A stretch of DNA of 13,981 nucleotides, from the NCBI RefSeq assembly GCF_006345805.1, contig NW_021825983.1, positions 1 to 13,981 on the forward strand, read 5' to 3'. Below the pieces are notes generated by a model. It was not told the origin of the DNA. It worked only from the letters and a program-made list of their open reading frames with translations, and did no database searches. This stretch comes from Octopus sinensis. Taxonomy: Eukaryota. This document shows, in pieces, positions 9,342 through 13,981 of this stretch (positions are counted from its first letter, which is position 1; the number at the start of each line of letters is the position of its first letter). The position numbers were made by a program, and so were the translations under genes.

Positions 9342-10156
9342 TTCCTCCTACTTTTTTGAATTGCAAAGTCTTTGACCTCAGAATTAATCTCAGGTAACAC
9401 ATCTGCGTCTATACTTAGTAGAGATAAAGGCATCCCGAATATTATTTTAGCGGGTTTAAAGTGATATCTTTTGTGCCATAAACCATTTACCATTTCTGTG
9501 GTACCCCCTTCCTTCCCTTGATGCCCTAAGCACGTGCTTATTCTGCCTAATTCCTCCTACTTTTTTGAATTGCAAAGTCTTTGATCGGATCCTCAGAATT
9601 AATCTCAGGTAACACATCTGCGTCTATACTTAGTAGAGATAAAGGCATCCCGAATATTATTTTAGCGGGTTTAAAGTGATATCTTTTGTGCCATAAACCA
9701 TTTACCATTTCTGTGGTACCCCCTTCCTTCCCTTGATGCCCTAAGCACGTGCTTATTCTGCCTAATTCCTCCTACTTTTTTGAATTGCAAAGTCTTTGAT
9801 CGGATCCTCAGAATTAATCTCAGGTAACACATCTGCATCTATACTTAGTAGAGATAAAAGCATCCCGAATATTATTTTAGCGGTTTTAAAGTGATTTCTT
9901 TTGTGCCATAAACCATTTACCATTTCTGTGGTGCCCCCCTCCTTCCTTTGATGCCCTAAGCACATGCTTATTCTACCTAATTCCCCCTACTTTTTTGAAT
10001 TGCAAAGTCTTTGATCGGATCCTCAGAATTAATCTCAGGTAAACACATCTGCGTCTATACTTAGTAGAGATAAAGGCATCCCGAATAATATTTTAGCGGG
10101 TTTAAAGTGATTTCTTTTGTGCCATAAACCATTTACCATTTCTATGGTACCCCCTT
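9342..10156. repeat. 215-bp tandem repeat, ~3.8 copies
   Basis: Units start at 9342 (209 bp, lacks tcggat), 9551, 9766 and 9981 with ttcc(t/c)cctacttttttgaattgcaaagtc; very few substitutions between units. Confidence 0.96.
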
Positions 10157-10418
10157 AACCCTTTCGTGACTATATTTCTGACCAAAATTCACCCCTCATG
10201 AGTTTCAATTAAATTCTAAAATAATCATGAATCTAGGCTTGTTTCATTAACTAACTGTAACTTTTTTACTTATCAACATATTAATGTGATATTTGGAACA
10301 TAATTAAAGAAAGGGTTCTTAATCAATTCTATTGCATAACTTTTGTCTCGAAGTGACTTTAATTACAGGTAAATCCAGGTAAATTGAGCAAAAGGTAAAA
10401 ATATTAAAATTTTGTTTA
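10155..10418. mobile_element. AT-rich insertion, possibly a piggyBac-type MITE fragment
   Basis: Interrupts tandem unit 4 and begins TTAA-CCCTTTCG; the host element's end motif resumes at ~10419. No clean right TIR plus TTAA was found. Confidence 0.4.
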
Positions 10419-10510
10419 ATGCTCTAAGCTTATTTTGCTTAATGGTTAATCTGAAAGGAATAAACATTAAGGTCAAATAAAATACAGGATTGGATTATAC
10501 ATAAGAAAGT

Positions 10511-10573
10511 ACTGAACGCGGAGCCATGTGGTTGGTAAGCAAGCTACTTACCACACAGCCACTCCTGCATCTA
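10511..10573 (-). mobile_element. SINE family C head fragment
   Basis: Near-duplicate of 10709-10772. Confidence 0.85.
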
Positions 10574-10605
10574 TATATATATTATATATACATATATATA
10601 TATAT

Positions 10606-10772
10606 ACGACAGGCTTCTTTCAGTTTCCGTCTACCAAATCCACTCACAAGGCTTTAGTCAGCCCGAAGCTATAGTAGAAGACACTTGCGCAAGGTGCCAC
10701 GCGGTGGGACTGAACCCGGAGCCATGTGGTTGGTAAGCAAGCTACTTACCCCACAGCCACTCCTGCGCCTAT
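10606..10772 (-). mobile_element. SINE family C, near full-length, (TA)n tail
   Basis: Minus strand ataggcgcaggagtggctgtggggtaag (A-box-like), gggttcagtccc (B-box-like), CORE-like accttgcgcaagtg, tail ..gaaagaagcctgtcgtatata. Confidence 0.9.
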
Positions 10773-10899
10773 GAACGGCTACAAAATTTGCAGGAGTCGG
10801 TTTCTTGTTTGCAAGAGGGAAAAACTTAGAATTAAAAAAGAAAATTTGCAACGAATAAGAGAAGGATACAAGCTAAGGAAGAGTGGCAAGGATTTTGGA

Positions 10900-11325
10900 C
10901 ACATTAAACTGAATACAGGATTGGATAATACAAAAGAAAGCGACAGATAAAGGTGGTGTGTTGTGATTAACGTGAGACCGTATGACATATTGTTAATGAA
11001 GGTAGGAAGGTGACCCGAAAACAATAGAAAACAAGACACGATAATGTAGTAGGAATGATTCACTGGGAAGTGACTGGCATGTATGGATTGGATAGAGCAA
11101 AGGCGTGGTACGGGATAATCACAGAAGGAGTAATCGAGAAAGACAAGGGAAAGAGAAATTTTGGGATGTAAATGACAGAATGCGAACACGAGGGTGAACA
11201 GCGAAAACCGGATATGGCGGTCGTGGATCGAGAGGAAAATTTCTGCTTAATCACAAGGTATTGCACACCCGGATGATGACAGAATATCGGAAGGACAAGA
11301 AGAGAAATCAGGTGAGATATGATGA
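10900..11325 (+). mobile_element. Decayed R4/Dong-like non-LTR retrotransposon: zinc-knuckle and restriction-like endonuclease region
   Basis: Translation through stops and frameshifts gives ETV*HIV..KTRHDNVVGMIHWE (RHD at 11034-11042), AWY..EGVIE, WDV, RKPDMAVVDREE..CLI (from 11202), IAHPDDDRI..EEK. This is the motif order of REL-endonuclease clades. Confidence 0.85.
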
Positions 11326-11326
11326 C

Positions 11327-11374
11327 AGCCTTGTGAGTGGATTTGGTAGACGGAAACTGAAGGAAGCCCGTCGT
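11327..11374 (+). mobile_element. SINE family C 3' fragment
   Basis: agccttgtgagtggatttggtagacggaaactgaaggaagcccgtcgt then (TA)n; reverse complement of 10606-10653. Confidence 0.88.
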
Positions 11375-11443
11375 ATATATGTATATATATATATATATAT
11401 ATAACGGGAAGCTTTATGAAAATAGACAAAAGACGAAGGCATA

Positions 11444-11481
<38 letters not shown>

Positions 11482-11487
<6 letters not shown>

Positions 11488-11945
11488 TTTAGTGAAGGGA
11501 AGAAATGGAGCTGAACGAAGATTCTACAAAATTCCTTTTTATTATTTTCTACACATGTTTTCAAAGGCCATTCATACCATGGGCTCCTAGGGAGCGTTTT
11601 GTTCGAGAAGCATGCTGCGCATTTGTTTGGATATTTAAATTCCTGGATTTTCCTGAAGAGAAAGCTGCAAAATGGTCTCCTTATTCAATCCGAATATGGG
11701 AATTTGCAGCCTTTGAAACATGTGTAGAAAATAATAAAAAGGAATTTTGTAGAATCTTCGTTCAGCTCCATTTCTTCCCTTCACTAAATATATAAAACTT
11801 CAATTATCCGCGCCAAGGCACGGTTGCGACACCCCATGGTGGTAACCTCAACCGTGTCTTTTCTGGTGTGATTTTTGCTACCCAGGTTTCGGTTAAATTT
11901 TGAATAATCCGTGACAAGATAATTCATTTATCCATTTCAATAAAA
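11482..11945 (+). mobile_element. Penelope-like (PLE) terminal fragment: inverted arm plus hammerhead-bearing end, flanked by (TA)n
   Basis: Arms 11482-11568 and 11709-11794 are reverse complements with one indel; hammerhead at 11648-11731; AATAAA at 11939-11944. The PLE assignment is inferred from architecture; no RT or GIY-YIG coding sequence is seen. Confidence 0.65.
11648..11731 (+). ncRNA. Type I hammerhead ribozyme motif (long stem II)
   Basis: Stem I UUUUC(11648-52)/GAAAA(11727-31); CUGAAGA 11653-59; stem II GAAAGCUGCAAA(11660-71)/UUUGCAGCCUUU(11703-14), 11 of 12 paired; GAAA 11715-18; stem III ACA-UG-UGU; cleavage triplet GUA with predicted cut 3' of 11726. Confidence 0.8.
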
Positions 11946-11973
11946 TATAATATATTATATATATTATATATAT

Positions 11974-12090
11974 ATACTAAGTAATAAGGGTTTAGCAACG
12001 ATTTTGCCTCACCACACACCGAATTTAGAAATAGCAGAAATTCGGTGTGTGGTGAGGCAAATCGTTGCTAAACCCTTAATTACTTAGTAT
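11974..12090. repeat. Palindrome, 53-bp arms (two 1-nt indels), 11-nt spacer
   Basis: atactaagtaataagggtttagcaacgattttgcctcaccacacaccgaattt (11974-12026) is mirrored at 12038-12090. Confidence 0.93.
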
Positions 12091-12178
12091 TACTTAAACC
12101 TTCCTTGAATGGGGCTTTTACATGCCGAACTCTACTTGGTGAAATTAATGATTATTTCTAAATTAATTAATTTCACCC

Positions 12179-12180
<2 letters not shown>

Positions 12181-12247
<67 letters not shown>
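12181..12247. repeat. (TAT)n microsatellite
   Basis: Perfect run. Confidence 0.98.
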
Positions 12248-12261
12248 TTATATATATATAT

Positions 12262-12422
12262 ATCCGCTCAGTCGAAGTCGACTCTCGGTCACTCGTTGGA
12301 TCAGTGTCCTCCAGTCAGTTCTATCCTGGGCCGCTTCTTTCAGATTGGCTATGTCCATTTCGGTATCACTCTTGATGGTGTCAAGCCAGCGGGTTCTTGG
12401 TCGGCCTCTTCCTCTCTTGCCA
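12262..12422 (-). mobile_element. RTE-clade (BovB-like) LINE 3' end fragment
   Basis: GKRGRGRPRTRWLDTIKSDTEMDIANLKEAAQDRTDWRTLIQRVTESRLRLSG matches the RTE ORF C-terminal pattern GxRxRGRxxxRWxD...DRxxWR...SRxRL. Confidence 0.88.
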
Positions 12423-12469
12423 CATATACATATATATATATATGTATGTATGTGTGTGCGTGTATGTTT

Positions 12470-12669
12470 GTGTGTCTGTGCTTGTCCCTCCAACATCGCT
12501 TGACAACCGATGTTGGTGTGTTTACGTCCCGTAACTTAGCAGTTCGGCAAAAGACTCCGATAGAATAAGTACTAGGCTTACAAAGAATAAGTGCTGGGGT
12601 TAATTTGCTCGACTAAAGGCGGCGCTCCAGCGTGGTCGCAGTCAAATGACTGAAACAAGTAAAAGAGTA
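12470..12669 (+). mobile_element. SINE family B copy
   Basis: ccaacatcgcttgacaaccgatgttggtgtgtttacgtcccgtaacttagc..cagtcaaatgactgaaacaagtaaaagagta. Confidence 0.9.
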
Positions 12670-12670
12670 A

Positions 12671-12702
<32 letters not shown>

Positions 12703-12718
12703 ATATATATATATATAT

Positions 12719-13276
12719 CCTTAATCCTTAAAAATGTGTTAGCCCGAAGGCCGCGGCCATGCTGGGGCACCACCGCTGAATGAGCTACACTAATATGTGA
12801 ATCCACCTCTGATACGTGGCACTTGATCAACAAGGGAGTTCGATGCTGCTGCCCGCATCTGTGTCTCCTGTCGTGAGGTAGGTTCATCTGGGACCCCCGA
12901 GAAGAAGAGATCCAGTTTAGTTTTAAAGAAACCCACACCATGTAAGTCTCTCAGGCATTTAGGGAGGATGTTAAAGAGCTGTGGTCCTCTGAAACCCAAG
13001 CTGTTGCAGTATCTGGACCTGTATTTTGATGATGATGTTGGAATCCTTGGCACCATGCAGTGGCGCCCCGGTCTGCGATTGGGGTAACTTTGAATGCCAA
13101 AGTTTGGGACAAGACCCTCCAGGATTTTCCAGATGTATATCACCGCACATCTCTCTCCCGCCTCCGCTCTAGGGAGAAGAGGTTTAATACTTTCAGTCTT
13201 TCCCAGTAGCTGATATTTTGCATTGAGACGATCTTCTTTGTGTAGCTTCTCTCAATTGCTTTGAGTTCTGCTGTTA

Positions 13277-13280
<4 letters not shown>
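12719..13280 (-). mobile_element. 5'-truncated CR1/L2-group LINE: ORF2 C-terminus plus 3' UTR
   Basis: SYWERLKVLNLFSLERRRER, a frameshift near 13143, then IYIWKIL..GPQLFNILPKCLR..FKTKLDLF..VPDEP to the stop at 12790; short UTR with hairpin and a (TTAAGGA)x2 end; bounded by (TA)n on both sides. Confidence 0.9.

Positions 13281-13340
<60 letters not shown>
13281..13340. repeat. (TA)n microsatellite
   Basis: Perfect run. Confidence 0.98.
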
Positions 13341-13342
<2 letters not shown>

Positions 13343-13444
13343 GGAGTAAACACATAAATGTGAAACAAGGTGGAAAAAAGAGTACTCAAATACCAGTGGT
13401 AGAGTAATATGCTTTATTTAAAGCAGCAGAAAATTCAACAAAAT

Positions 13445-13482
13445 CTGTTACTCTGAGTTTCTCGTTGCCGTTCATCAGACAG
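13445..13482 (-). ncRNA. Minimal type I hammerhead ribozyme motif (inverted copy)
   Basis: Reverse complement is CUGU-CUGAUGA-ACGGCAACGA-GAAA-CUCAGAG-UA-ACAG, identical to 13499-13536. Confidence 0.78.
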
Positions 13483-13498
13483 TTTTTTGCTAGAAAAA

Positions 13499-13536
13499 CT
13501 GTCTGATGAACGGCAACGAGAAACTCAGAGTAACAG
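13499..13536 (+). ncRNA. Minimal type I hammerhead ribozyme motif
   Basis: Stem I CUGU/ACAG; CUGAUGA 13503-09; stem II CG-GCAA-CG with an A.A mismatch at the closing pair; GAAA 13520-23; self-complementary stem III ACUC-A-GAGU; GUA triplet with predicted cut 3' of 13532. Confidence 0.78.
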
Positions 13537-13568
13537 ATTTTGTTGAATTTTCTGCTGCTTTAAATAAG

Positions 13569-13738
13569 TATATATATATATATATTATATATATATATAT
13601 ATATTATATATATAATATATATATACTATATATTATACTTTCTATGTATGTATTTTATGTTTGTTTTCTCCTTTGTGCTCATATATGAGTGTGTGTGTAT
13701 TAGTAAGCTTGTGTGTGTGTGTGTGTGTGTATTTGTGT
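13569..13738. repeat. (TA)n then degenerate (TG)n low-complexity region
   Basis: Directly visible. Confidence 0.85.
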
Positions 13739-13981
13739 ACGAAACAGCAGAAGGTCAATCACATGGTGTCGCCCCTCGGCATCGAAACCCGATATCCTGC
13801 GTTATTGACTCTATTTGTATTTTATTTCGTTTTAACTGGATTTACATTGTTTAGGGTGTATTTATTGATTTATGCTGTTATTTATTTTGGAAATCGGGGA
13901 GAGAGAGAGAGAGGGGGGAGGGAAAAAGGAGCGGGTGGGGGTAGTAGAGCGTGAAAGGGGTGGGGGAAGACGAAGAAGAGA

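Larger units (their letters stand above)
9060..10453. mobile_element. Probable non-autonomous hAT-like DNA transposon with a transposase C-terminal remnant on the minus strand
   Basis: Left end gggaccggattaag; degenerate right end ..aatggttaatctg; subterminal gccctaagcac near the left end and in each unit; minus-strand peptide LSLLSIDADVLPEINSEDPIKDFAIQKSRR resembles the end of hAT dimerisation domains. No target-site duplication identified. Confidence 0.55.
13341..13567 (-). mobile_element. Second PLE-like terminal fragment with a perfect 74-bp-arm palindrome, flanked by (TA)n
   Basis: Arms 13414-13487 and 13494-13567 are exact reverse complements around tgctag; AATAAA on the minus strand at 13413-13418 lies downstream of the hammerhead. 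Confidence 0.65.

Noticed and set aside
10606-10772. tRNA gene
   Set aside because: A/B-box-like motifs are present but no cloverleaf; it continues into a SINE body and (TA)n tail.
12790-13143. Host protein-coding gene
   Set aside because: It is the frameshifted, 5'-truncated C-terminus of a LINE ORF2.

Overview
Eukaryotic, gene-free, almost entirely repeat-derived window. The SINE types, microsatellite density and (CCCTAA) motifs resemble an octopus/coleoid cephalopod genome; this is recognition from memory, not a database result. No intact protein-coding gene is supported, and the long ORFs come from stop-free (GGT)n, (GAT)n, (CA)n and (TA)n tracts. The window contains three tRNA-type or LINE-tailed SINE families, decayed LINE fragments (CR1-group endonuclease and ORF2 C-terminus, RTE/BovB-like C-terminus, R4/Dong-like zinc-knuckle/REL endonuclease), a ~365-bp tandem element with telomere-like repeats and a hAT-like element with a 215-bp internal tandem array. 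The most notable signal is at 11.5-13.6 kb: small (TA)n-embedded fold-back elements carrying three type I hammerhead ribozyme motifs from two families (11648-11731 +; 13445-13482 - and 13499-13536 + as a perfect palindrome), matching Penelope-like element termini. Also notable are 184-bp SINE multimers joined at an invariant palindromic junction, covarying 3' hairpins shared by a LINE and SINEs, and a high density of local inverted duplications.
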